The notes beneath the pieces are model-generated. The model searched no databases. It worked only from the letters and a program-made list of their open reading frames with translations, and had not been told where the DNA came from. A DNA stretch of 64,000 nt. It comes from Salpingoeca rosetta (Eukaryota > Protista > Choanoflagellata). Shown here piece after piece: positions 13,882 through 27,021 of this stretch (position 1 is the stretch's first letter; each line of letters starts with the position of its first letter). Location of the stretch: contig JAWQFM010000033.1 of NCBI GenBank assembly GCA_033442325.1, positions 475,029 to 539,028 on the forward strand, read 5' to 3'. The translations under genes and the position numbers were made by a program.

Positions 13882-14341
13882 GCGCACGCGCCCGTATGTG
13901 TGTGCTTGTGTGTTTGGATAGCAATGTGTGCAACGAGAAGCAATTGGAGTAAGACTGTGTCACACAGCCAACATCACTGGAGTTGTGCAACCCGCCTCCC
14001 GCTCGCAAAGGGTAACAGTACGCATGCATGGACAAGTGTTCGCACCAGGTTGATGCTCCTCACGCCGTGGGAGTTGGTATGCGTCTTCACCTCCATCATG
14101 ATCTTGCTCGCCTAATTGAAAATCCACAACCAAGTGACGGCGTGCAAACACACGTGGCGGTTAAAATTGGATCACAGCACGGGGCAGCCGCAACACACAT
14201 GAACATGCGCCATAAGGAGCAAGCATACCACATACGATGCAAGATATGTACCAACAATAACGTGGCACACACACACACACACACGCACGCACTGATACTC
14301 ACACACACACATACTCACACTGATACTCACACACACTGATA

Positions 14342-14389
<48 letters not shown>

Positions 14390-15060
14390 ATCACACACAC
14401 ACACACACGCAAACGCACTGATACATACCCCCTCCCCCTCACACGCACACACCTCGAATGCGCGCATGCCAAAGTAGACCATACTGGCAAGCGCGTCTGC
14501 AACGGTGACCCAGCCATCATCGTCCACATCCAGCGCTCGAAACGCAGTCTGACAGGGAGTGCACAGTGGAACGTGGTGAGCTGTGCGTGGAAGTCACTTG
14601 GAGGTGTTGTTCGCTCGCGCATGTGCACGTGTTTATGCACGCACGCACACACACACATACACACCAGCATACACAAACACATATGCACAAACAAACACAC
14701 CCACACACAAGCACACACCTCCAGTTCGCTGTCGTCGATTGGATCGAGTTCCAGCAGTTGCATCACGTGGAGTTGCGCACAATCCACTTCGGTCTGAACA
14801 TCCGCCAGGGAGGTGTTCTTGAAGGATGGCAAAACGGTGTGGCGAGGCGATCGCGGGTTGAGATGAGGGATTTGAAGCGGCGAAGACACGTTCATCGCCA
14901 TCCCAACAACAGCATTTGCAGGCACACAGAAGGTGTACACATGAAAGCAGACACACACACGCACACACACAACACGAAACACGCACACGCACACACACAC
15001 ACACACACACACAACACGAAACACACACGAAACACACACACAAACACAAACACAAACACG

Positions 15061-15094
<34 letters not shown>

Positions 15095-17979
15095 ATGTAC
15101 ACACCACGCAGTCGACGTCCTCCAGTTGCGTGACGACGCTTTCAAGTTGACGGGTCCACTCCTCGCTGATGGACGACCGACCGTCATGTTCGTCACCATC
15201 ACCATCACCGTCATTGTCGTTGTCATCGTCATTGCTGTGGTGATGAAAGCCATTACGCCCACGGGCGGGCTCAAACGATGACGACGATGATGATGGTGAT
15301 GGTGGCCGGCGATGCCTGGAAACACCACGACCACGCCCGTAAGCAATCGCAGCATCAATGTCATCAATGCCATCGGTGTTGTCGTCGTCATCGTCAGTGA
15401 ACTGAATGCTGTCGCGCTGATCAGCGCCACCAACACCGCGGTCGAAGCCACCAGCTTGGTGCATGCCATCGTCATCATGTTCGCCATCATCGACATCAGT
15501 GTCGCGTTCGTGCTGCCCACGCGCCGCGGCTTGCACTGCTGTTCGCAGCAGTTCTCGCTCACCACGACCACCTCTCTCACTGCCATGGCGATCACGCTCG
15601 CGCCCGCGTCCGCGCTCTCGATGGCGCCGCCCTCGTTGCTGCCGCTTGTTCTGATGCGATGACTGCACTGCGTCTGCATGCCCTTCCTCTCCCTGTTCCT
15701 TCCGCTGTTCTTGTTCTTCGTTCCCGTGCATCTCATCAGTATGGTCATCTCCTTCCTCGTCGGCAGCGTCATATGACGTGGTTGTGCTTGACAGTGCTGC
15801 CTCTGTCCACGACGACACGTCTTCACTCGACACTGCTACTGTTGGCCCAGGGTCTGAAAGTGGTGCGTGTGCACTGTGGTGTGCGCTTGGCGTGCTCGCT
15901 GCGCCGCGTGCTGTGTCAGCCTGTATCCCCTCGACGTGGTGCAGGGAACTTGGCGGCAGCGTCGCGGTTGTGTGCACGGTGACAGATGGCCGCGGCGAGC
16001 TTGCAGGCGAGCTGTCAAACAAGGGATGAAGAGCAAGGGAGAGGACGATTTTGTGTGAGCGGATGTGTGTGTGTGAGTGTTTGCGTGTTTGCGTATTTGC
16101 GTGCGTGTGTGTGTGTGTGTGTGTGCATGCGTGTATGTGTGTGTGTGTGTGTATGTGTGTGTGTGTGTGCGCGTGCGTGCAAGCACAAAGTAAGAAATGG
16201 CACGGGCGAGTGAGGACAACCGTATGGTCACACATCCAAGCACGCCTCCGTCAGCACAACTCACCTGTGGGCACTGAGCTGTATGAGGTCATCTCTGGAA
16301 ATGTTGCGTTGCACCTGACGAAGCGGCATTCACGATGACAGATGCCAATGAGTCCAAGCAAAGCAAAGCAAGGCAAAGCAACGCAAAGCAAAGCAAGGCA
16401 CAGCAACGCAAAGCAAAGCAAAGCAACGCACAGCAAAGCAAAGCAAGAAGAGAAGATGTGTTCAGAGTGGCACTGAATGCTTTGCCGACAACTGGTAGCA
16501 CAATGCACTTTGTGTGCAAACTCACCATCTGCCTGACTTGCTCAAACCCAGCGTCATCACCTGGGCGAAGAAACATCCCTTCAAAGATCTGTTCAAGGAA
16601 AGGTGACGAGGACATGGATGAGGACAGCTTGTGTACTCGCACATTCACACATCCAAGCCCGCACACACAAATACAAACAAGATCACACACACACACACAC
16701 AGAAGTGTTGACGTACGCTTGCGCTATGTTGCCGCGTCATGCCGGCGCCTTCGCGGTGAGCACGAGAGCGCCGAACACCTGAACAGTACCGAGCAAGGCC
16801 CGCAGATGGTGTGAGCGAAGGTGATGCATGTAACCACGGTTCACTTAACATGCACACACACACGTACACGTGCACACAAGCACACAAGCATACACGTATG
16901 CTTGCACGTGCATTAAACTAAGCATGCACGCACTTGTTCTGAAATGAGTTGGGCGCATGCGAAGCCGTCCAGCACGGGATGTGGGCGACGTGAAGTGCTG
17001 TGAAGGAAAAGCAGAAGCAAGTATTGACGGAGGTGACGATGTGAGGAACATCACAAATTAGCACTTAGCACACACACACACATACACACACGTGTACACA
17101 CACACATACACACACGTGTACACATACACACACATACACACGTACACACACACACACACACACGCACGCACAGAGTCATTGTACCATGACAGAGTGTTGG
17201 CGGCGAGCCGCTGACAGCGGCATTGATGACGCCGAGAGGGACGCGTGGGAGAGCGTTCGTCCTTGTACTCCTGTCGACGCGAACATCACCGCCGGGTTCT
17301 TCGCACCACCTGCACTGCGCTGCGCTGCTGTTGTTGCTGTCGTCGTTGTCCGGCTTGTTGCTGCTGCTGTGCCAGCTGCTGATTGTGCTGCGGATGACAA
17401 TGCACGCGTGCTGGCAACAGAGGATACTGAGATGGCGCGTGACGTTGGACTGCGACGAACAGAACCGGTCGATGCCACACGGCCTCGCACGCTGCGCAGC
17501 TGTCGCTGGTGGCGCTGTCTGTGCTGCTGCTGGCGGTGGCTGCTGCTGCTCGTGCTGCGGCGGAAGTTGCGTCCAACCACAGCGGCGCCCAGGCTTTCGA
17601 AAAAGGAAGGTGAGGGCGGGGCAGACGTGAGCGGTGTGGGCGACCGGCGAAAGGACCGCGGTGACGACGAGGTACGAGGGGACACGTGCGTTGACACGTG
17701 CGTTGAGGCAGGCGACGCGCCTTTGCTTCGCCGTGTCGAACGCTTTCGCGGTGATGTGCGCCGGCTGAAGTGGAGTTGAGGTGATCGTGTTGTGGGAGGG
17801 GGGTCGGGGTGGGAGCATGTGGAGTAGTGAGATGATCGCCGGGACATGTGACAGCGCACTCATTGAGTAGAGTGAAGGAAAGCAAGAAGAATGGTCACGA
17901 AGCGTGACACAAACTCGGTGTTCACAGGCACGCAGACGCAGACGCACACGCACGCACACACGCGCACATACACACACGC

Positions 17980-18029
<50 letters not shown>

Positions 18030-18502
18030 GTACAACGGCTTGGCTTACACGACGGTGTCGACGACGAGGGGTTTCTCCACATCCCCGCTCTCCCGCACAA
18101 CGAACATCGTCTTCGTTCGCGAGAACGTGGGGCGGGTACGCCTGTGTACATGCAAGCAAGCAAGTGAGTGAGAAAATGTGGGTGAGTGCGTGAGCGCATG
18201 TGAGTGCGCGCGCGCATGTGTTGATTGGTGCTAGGGACCAGTTGCAACAGCAATGGCAATATACAGCCGGTGCGCGGGTGCGAACATTTGCAACATACGC
18301 TTGGCGGTCCGGGACATGGCCAAGGGCACGGTGGATCTCATTCACACGCGCCTGTGGGGGCCAATGGACAGATGGATGGGTGAATGAATGGATGGATGGA
18401 TGGATGGACACATGTGTGTGTGTGTGAGTGTGTGTGTTAGACAGGGAAGTGGCACGCAGACACTTGGAATAGACACGCAAGCAATCGATTGGTGGCGCCA
18501 CA

Positions 18503-18591
<89 letters not shown>

Positions 18592-19588
18592 GCACGCATT
18601 CAAACCACACGTACGCGGCCAAATTCAGCTGATGGGCGGGCGGGACGTCGTGCCTCCGCAGCCTGGTGGACGCGGAACCATGAAGAAATGGTGAGACCCT
18701 GACTTGACATGATCAACAATCAAACGTGCTCTGGCGCATTCACACACATGCACAGGCATGCACAGGCACGCGCGCACACACACAGACATAGACACAGATA
18801 CAGACATGAACACACAGACGCACCAAGCTTGTTGCCGAGTTGACGTGTGTGCTGAGGGCGGAGCGGACGCGTGGGGGACGGGAGGACGTGCCCACGTGAC
18901 CTGCAAGGCATCATTGATTCGTCCCAACGGTCAAAGATGGCGGCTGTTGCTTCACACATGGCACACCATCGAGATAACTACACATATGTGCACACACACA
19001 CACACACAAGTTACGCACATTCGAGGGCCTTGCGACAGGTGGGCGAGTAGCATGCTGCCCATCCCTCGGACCGAGCGATGCACAGGCACGAATAACAGCG
19101 GTTGCCTGTAAGGAGATGCAGGGGCGTAGCGTGAGGAAGTTATTCAAACTCTCATCAAACAAAGAGTACAGAAACGACCGCACCCAATCAACACACACAC
19201 ACACACACATACACACACAAAGCACTGACCACCAAAGAGGGCGTGGTTTGAGCTTGTGCGAGTGGAGGCTGGCGAGCTCTGGTGGACGTCTTCGGACGGG
19301 CGACGCGACGACCACGCGCTTGTATCGGAAATATCCTCCCATTCGCTCTCCGACGCCCCTCCTCCTCGCATGCCGCCTGCTTGTGTGTGTGCGTGCGTGC
19401 GTGTGTGTGTGTATCAGTACATCAGGTGACAACAGGGATGCCACTTCACAAGCAACGAGCAAACAGTGAATGTAGCGGACAAGTTGCATGTGTTCACCTC
19501 GAAACGCAAACAGCGAGTTATTGACCGTCCGTTGCCCTGTATGCACGCATCCCATCCCAACATGCCAGGAAATGCCACGTGAGTGCTC

Positions 19589-19638
<50 letters not shown>

Positions 19639-21063
19639 GCGCGCTTCAACGCACATGATGCTGCTTGTTTGCTCTGCCGACGTGGGCGCGAGCGCTGGTG
19701 GTGGTGTTGCGGCGGCTCATAACGCCGCTGTGCTGCCATGCCGGTCTTGCGAAGCGACGTCGCCGACGAGGACGCGGATGACGACGACGATGACAACGCA
19801 GTAGCATGTGGTTGTCCGGGCTTTGCTGTTCCTGCAGCAACAGCACCACCGTGCAAGCAAGCGCCATGGCGTCAGGGTATCAGGCATGCGCACGAACCAT
19901 CTCACACGACCCAACAACAGATGGCACGAGGCAAAAGAGCCACAAAAAGTCATCCCAAAATTCAAATCAACCGCCACAGCCTTGAAGGGGTTTCCGATGC
20001 GTCTCACTTCGCGAAACCGACCCCAAGCAGTCGCGAAACCGACAGCGAGCACACGCATTCACCAGCACCACCGCCATCCATCTCCCCCTGCTTGTCAACA
20101 CAACACCGCCACCACCACCACCACCACCACCACCATCGACCATGCACGCCTTACCTTTGTTTGCTTCGCGTTCACGCAGGTCTCGAAGCGCCTCCTCGGC
20201 CGTGGATGAGGTGGATAGCGTCGTGCTTGCATGCACGCGTGGCGAGCTCACAACCCGCCCACGTACACGAGGTACGACTGCACTGCTGCCGTCACCAACA
20301 CCAGCACCAGGAGCACCACTGCTGGCGCTGGTGCTGCCGCTCTGGGACAAGTTGCCTGCAGGCAAGTTCTGGCTTTCGAGATTGCGACTGAGAGCGGCGC
20401 TGACGCTGCTGTTGCTGCTGGCACTGCTGCGGGAGCTGGCCGAGCCTTGCCGCACGGCAGCGGCAAGCCACGACAGGTGCGGGTGCTGACTGAAGAGTTC
20501 TTGGACGGAGCTTTGGCTCTCCCGCCCGCTGCTGTCCTGCGTGGTGATGCTGCAGACGCTCGAGCGACACCGCACTGTCTCATCTGCTGTGGATGCAGCT
20601 GAGGACGGCACAGCATGCTCGTCATCGGTCTCTGCGATGGAGTCAACGGACACACGCTTGCTTGCAAGCATCGTCTGAAGCAGGTGCACTTGTGTGGTGT
20701 TGCGCGACGCGCTTGTGCTGGGTGTTGTTGTTGATGGTGCTGTTGCGGTTGTGGATGACGACGCGGTTGCAATGTTGTCGTGTACCATCACCACCTCTTC
20801 AGCCCGCTGCCTCGTGGCGTGCTGCCGTTGTTGATGCTGTTGGCGTTGGTGGTGTTGCTGCGGTTGTTGATGGCGGCGCTGTTGCCGCTGGTGGCGATTC
20901 CAGTCTGCTTGCTCGGTGTCTGTATCTGTGTCCGTGCCATCGCCGTACAGGTGATGGCGATGCAGCTTCGCTCTGCGAGCGCGCCGTCGTCGCCGCCGCT
21001 CAGGTGAGCTCGTTGACCTGGGCTTGTAACCGCCATTGCCATTGTCGCCACGGCCACCATCGC

Positions 21064-21101
<38 letters not shown>

Positions 21102-22285
21102 CCAAGCGTGTCTTCACCGTCATCATCACCGTTGTTCATGAACACAAAGGAGGACGCTGTCTCGGTGTCATGGCGGGGCGCATGTGCATCTGTGATGGTT
21201 GATTCCTCCTCTTCCTCCTCATCCTCATCAGCAGCATCATCGTCGTCACCATCGCCATGCATGCATGCAGGCGGCTCACTGGCATCAAAGGCGGCTTCCT
21301 CAAGAAGCGCGTCAAAGTGGCTCGGGCGATGTTGCTTGCATGCATGCATGGACGGACGCCGCATATCGGGCGGAGAGGCAGCAGACGTGCCGGTGGACAA
21401 GCTGCTGCGCTTGCGCTGGCGCTGATACGCTGAATCGTGGCTTGCACGCGGGCTGCTGGCTGTGCTTGACGCAGGAAAGGCGCTGGAGCGGGCAGAGAAC
21501 ACACCGCTGCTTGCGCTGCTGCGTGTGCTGCCGACGTGATCGTACACACCCTCTGCATGGGTCACGCGGCGCTCACGTGCACCCGCGCTCACGTGGTAAT
21601 AGTCGTCGTCGCCGCTGCTGTCGTCATCTCTGTCACGATCGTCGTTGTCGTCGTTGTCGTGCCCGGCAAACGTGTATCGACGGTGCGGGGTGCCGCCGAT
21701 GGAGCTTGCGCGACGTCGCGCACGCTGCTGCTGCTGCTGCAGGTGCGTCTTGTTTCCTTTGCTGCTGGTGCTGCTGGTGCTGGTGGTGATGGTGGTGGTA
21801 TGTTGGTGGTGCCGGGTGACGTGCGTGTTGCCCCCAAACGAGCGCATGAGCAGTTCTGCATTGGGGAGTGGCGGTGATGGGCGGTCGCCGGCGTGGGTTG
21901 GCGATGCAGGGTCATATGCGAGGTTCTTTCCCGTGGGGCTGTTGGGAAGGCTGTTGGCATCCTCGTTGCCGGTGCGAGCGGTGTGGCCGCGCGTGTCGTC
22001 GTTTTCATCGGCGTCGGCGTCGTCGTCGTCGCACACGTTGCCTTCGTCGAGGGAAGGCGCAGGGGACTTGGCTCGAACAATGGCTTCTGTTCGCGGTGAG
22101 AGTGCTGGTTGTGCTGGAGTTGTGGCGGTGACGTCTTGTGTGCGCACGTCGTGCTCAGCACGCGACGTGTCGTGTTCGTCTGCCGGCGCACTGTCACTCA
22201 TTGTGCTTGTTGTGAACAATGGGGCTGTGTGCCGCGAGGCGTCGGTAGTTTGTGTTGCTCCGCCTCGGGGGGTTTTGTCTGTCAT
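9180..22285 (-). CDS. Very large (~2,800 aa, ~21 exons) low-complexity/disordered protein with a central EF-hand pair
   Basis: The long ORFs 19967..22285, 17176..17859, 14892..16235 and 9296..13081 can be joined by a phase-consistent chain of small GT-AG exons. Exons near 14820-14719, 14548-14453, ~14110-14047 and 13664 onward give [64 protein letters not shown], with a near-canonical loop [12 protein letters not shown]. It could be two genes, with an alternative stop at 17176. Confidence 0.6.
13737..13880. repeat. Intronic (TTG/CAA)n trinucleotide microsatellite
   Basis: About 140 bp of TTG with TAG interruptions in an intron of the EF-hand gene. Confidence 0.9.
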
Positions 22286-22585
22286 TCATTCACATGCAGC
22301 AGCACAATAGCGCATTCACAGCAACACGGGCCAGGAACAGAGAAAAAACGACCAACGTTGCGCAGCACGAGGTCAAAATCGCGTAAGGATGATGACGGTT
22401 GGTGGGGATGGAGTGAGCTGGCGAGCCAGGTTGGGAAAGGGGTTGGAAACGCAACCCAACGAAACACAACAGTTGGGGGGGGGGGGGGGGGGAGGGAGGG
22501 TAGGGGCAGGGAGAGCACACACGCATGTGCTCGTGTATGTGTGCTTGTGTGTGTGCTTGTGTTTGTGTATGTGTGCTTGTGCTTT

Positions 22586-22622
<37 letters not shown>

Positions 22623-23205
22623 AAGAGCAATGGTAGGCGACACCAACTAGCGTCCACATAGCCGCCCACGTACACGCACATAGACACGCACACACACGCA
22701 CACACACACGTACATAGACGCGCAACGGCTTCACACACTCCAACCAACCAGGATAGGACGGAGGTTTGAACAGCCAGGAACTGAGGAGCGGCGTGAATGG
22801 GCTGGGAGCTGTCGCCACAAGGATGTATGGCCGTCAGCGCGCCCACACACGGCTGGCTTGGTGCTGCAAGTAAGCGCCTTGAGTGTGTTTAACAAGTGTT
22901 GGGGTTGAAAGCTGCGTTCGCTGCGGTGTTTGCTCTGGTTCGCGGCAGTGTGTCATGCGTGCAGGCAGAGGAGATGTGGGGGCGGTGAGTGGCGGCACGA
23001 AATGGGAGAGAGCGAGGCAGCGTGATGTTTAGGATTCGAGAAGCAGAGGGCGCGTGCATGTGTTATTTGTGTGTTGTGTGAGAGGTGGGTGTGTTTATGC
23101 GCCGTTGGTGCACAGATACACAGAAGCGGGGCAGGAGGGCGGGGAACAGGGAGGAGAGAAAAGGAGGGGGAGGGCCGGCAATGTTGCACTGTGTTCGTTG
23201 ATGGT

Positions 23206-23251
<46 letters not shown>

Positions 23252-24503
23252 ACCAACACACACTTACCAACACACCAACGAACGTGCTCACCTTGTTTGT
23301 GTATTGTCGTTGTGTTTGAAACTCGTCTCTGTCAGAAGCTGCGAGTCTCGTCAAGCGAGTGTGAGTGCAGAGAACAGAGACAAAGAGACAGAGAGACAGG
23401 GAGAGAACAGAGAGGTGGAGAAAGGAGGACGGGAACAAGAACACACCGACACGCGGCAGAGAATAAATGACAAGCAGCACAGCTGCCGTCCTCAACGACT
23501 GATGGCGTGTTGGTTGATGGGCGAGAGTAAGAAAGGATAGCGTCGTTTGGGATGGTTGGTGGGTGGGTTGGTTCAGGTTCGGCTTGGTTGGTTGGTTGGT
23601 GGGTTCAGGTTGACGGGTTTCAATATGCGTGAAGGAGGAGGGGAAGTGAGCCTCCCCCCACTCCACGTCTTGTCACGTCTTGATGATGTTGTCGCGTGTC
23701 GTGCTGCTTGGGTGTGGTGTGTGTGTTTTTCGTGTTTTCGTTGTGCTCTGTGTTGTGGGCGAGGGGGCGGATTGCAAGGGCTTCTTGGCGGTGGTGGACG
23801 TGGTGGTGGTGTTTGTGATGGCAACAACCAAACTTTGGCCACTGCCAGAGGTAATCAATCGTCTTCGGTCAGGCTCGGTCAGCAATGGTGGGCGCTGTTG
23901 CTTTTTCGGCCGGCACCAACACCGCCACGAACCGGCCAGCGGAGGGAACGGTCGTTGCTTGTTGTTGGGGTTGTGTGCTGGGGAAGTCAAGGTACGAAGG
24001 CGTTTGCTGCGTGCAAAAGCAGGCGTTTGCGTCATGCGTTGTTGTGGGTTGTGTCTCGTTGCCGTGGCTGTGCGCGCGTATTGGTTGACGTGGTAAGGTG
24101 AGTGTTGGGTGGTCGCAACCGACGCTTTGCCCCGATAGTCGTTGGGAGGTTGCACCGCCATGTCCCAAACCAACGAAAAACAAGCCAAAACCTGCAGTTA
24201 GCGGCTTGCTGCCTGTGATTGTGCTGTGGGAAAGGAAGAGGGGTGATCGAAACGGTGGTGCGAACCTGTGCGAACAACACGCACGCGCAGTCAGCAATGT
24301 TCAGCCTGGCAGCTTTGCTTGCAGGCAGATGGGTAAAATTTTTGTTCGAGGCACTTAAGCGTCTTGAGTCATTTGAAAAACCTGACAAACTTGCCAAAAT
24401 GTGTCCGCAAAATGGCAAAACGGATACGGCTGTTTGTGTTCGGTTGTGTCTGTTTACGTGTGTGTGCATGTGTGTGTGTGTGTGTGCATGTGTGTGCGTG
24501 TTT

Positions 24504-24544
<41 letters not shown>

Positions 24545-25233
24545 GTGTGTGCGCGCGCGTTTGTTTGCGCGTTATGTGTGTGTGTGTGTGTGTGTCTGGT
24601 GTGTGTGCACCTCTGCGGTTTCGCTTCTGTTCAGCGTTGCGTCTCTTCATGTCTCCGCCATTCCTTCATTCTACCATACCTTCATTCAATGTAATCAAAT
24701 GCCATAAGCGGCAGAACAGCTATCATTCACAAAGCCTCGTGACGCCGCGGACCACACTCAAAGCAAGGGGGAGCATGGCCGGGGCGCACATGGGCCAACA
24801 CACAAAACGAAACAAGGAGACTTCGAAAGAACACAAGACAACAAACAGCAGGAGCAAAGTAAAGAAACAACACCAACCATACATACGGGTCAACCATACA
24901 TACGGGCGAGCGTGCATGTGCACATGCACGTCACCATACGATACTGATAGCACACACGGGTTAAGGAGAAGGAGAGGAGAGGGAGGGGGTTACAATAACC
25001 AAAATATGCAGCAGCAGCTGATATGTCCAGGGGCTCGAGAACGAGAGAAAGCACCAATGGGTTCTGCCAACTCAAAACACACACGAAGCCAATGCACACA
25101 GACACACACACACACACACACACAGACACAGAGACACACACAGACACACACAGACACAGACACACACACACACACACACGAAGCCAATACACACAGACGC
25201 ACAGACAGCCACACGAGTGCGTGTAGGATAGGT

Positions 25234-25710
25234 TCACTCGTGGAAGCGCGTGAAGCAGCGACTGTCGGGGTGCACCTTCATCTCATGCTGCTTGAAGGAG
25301 TTCAGCTCCCGCTTGATAAACACCTGAAGTGACGTGTTGACGGGTGACGTGGCAATGTGAGCATGTGAAGTGTAGCAACGTTGTGTAATGTAACGACTGT
25401 GCAGGGGAGGAGATGCGATTGGAAGAACACTGCAAGCAAAACCCACAACAGCAGCATCAAAGTTCAAACACACACACACACAAACACACACACACGCAAA
25501 CACACACACCTTGTCTGCGGTGGTGAGGTAGAGCCAGGGTGCGGGACCGCTGCGGTCGTACTGGTCGTCATTCCACGTGTTGGCAACCTCAACAAACTCG
25601 TAGAAGCTGTACACGAAATCGAAAAGGGAGGAATCGTGAGCGACAAGCATCACCTGCAAACCTTCAGTGGCACCACACCCACACACCACACACCACATCA
25701 CACCACACAC

Positions 25711-25753
<43 letters not shown>

Positions 25754-26297
25754 ACACACACCCTCCCAGCACTTACTGGATGGATGGTTTGGGGGCAGAG
25801 GAGCCCATGCGCGTCAGCTTGCGAAGTGTCGTGAGCATGCGACCAGCACTGCTGTCGTCATCAGAGGAAGGTGCCCCATGTCCCATGTTGTTGTTTGGAT
25901 TGTGACGCAGAATGGACTTGGCAGGTGCCATGCGCAGAGCCTTCACGTGCGCCTCGTGGTAGCGGCTGCGGCGGGAGTGCAGGTTGCGGTAGCGTGGGTC
26001 ACTTTGCCCTACACCATCACCATCCCCATCACCATCACCATGGCGGGAATGGTGGCGCTGCGCGTGGTGGCGTGCGTGGTGCTGTGTGCTCTGCCGATGC
26101 AGCCGCTTGGAGCCGCTCCTTGCTGCTGATGGTGATGGCAGGGCGAAGAACAAGCAGGAAGAGCGGAAAGCAAACGTCAGCGAGTGAAGTGAGCGAACAA
26201 ACGAAAAATAAAGGCAACATGCCTCACACACTGCACTGGAAGCAACACATGGCATGCAACGCATCCTGCTGCAACCACCCACACACATATCTGCCCC

Positions 26298-26365
<68 letters not shown>

Positions 26366-26960
26366 TTCTGTACCTGCGTGCTGTGCGTGCCTGGCTGTCA
26401 GCTCGCGAACACTGGCAGTGCGCCTATTCCGGTGACCACCAGTGGCAGTCGTGGTGGCAGTGGTGGTGATCACATCACCATCATGGTTGTCATCGTTGCT
26501 GTCGGTGCGAGCGCTTGCACGCTGCTGCTGCTGCTGCTGCTGCTGCTCGAGGAAGCGGTGAAGACCGGCTGCCGTCGCAGCAGCATCGTCATCATTATCA
26601 CCATCACCATGATGATGATTGCCATCGTCATTGGCATTGCCACTGCCGTGGTCGTCGTCATCGTCGTCGTGGGTGGTGGCGGCATTGTTGAACCCGTCAC
26701 TGCCATCACGGCGAGCAGCTGCCGTGGCGACATTGGCAACGGCACATGCGCGCTGTTCCTCGTCGCTGTCAACGACACTGCAGTGTTGAAGCGCCTGCAG
26801 TGATGCAGCCTGCACTTCCTTGCTTGCACCTGCAGGTACGCGCACACACAGCGGACAAAGGTGAGCACGCAGTGCAGTGCAGGAACACCCACGCAAAACA
26901 CGCATGTCACGCACGTATGAGGGGTTCATCAAACCCAACACACACTCACCCACACACACG

Positions 26961-27021
<61 letters not shown>

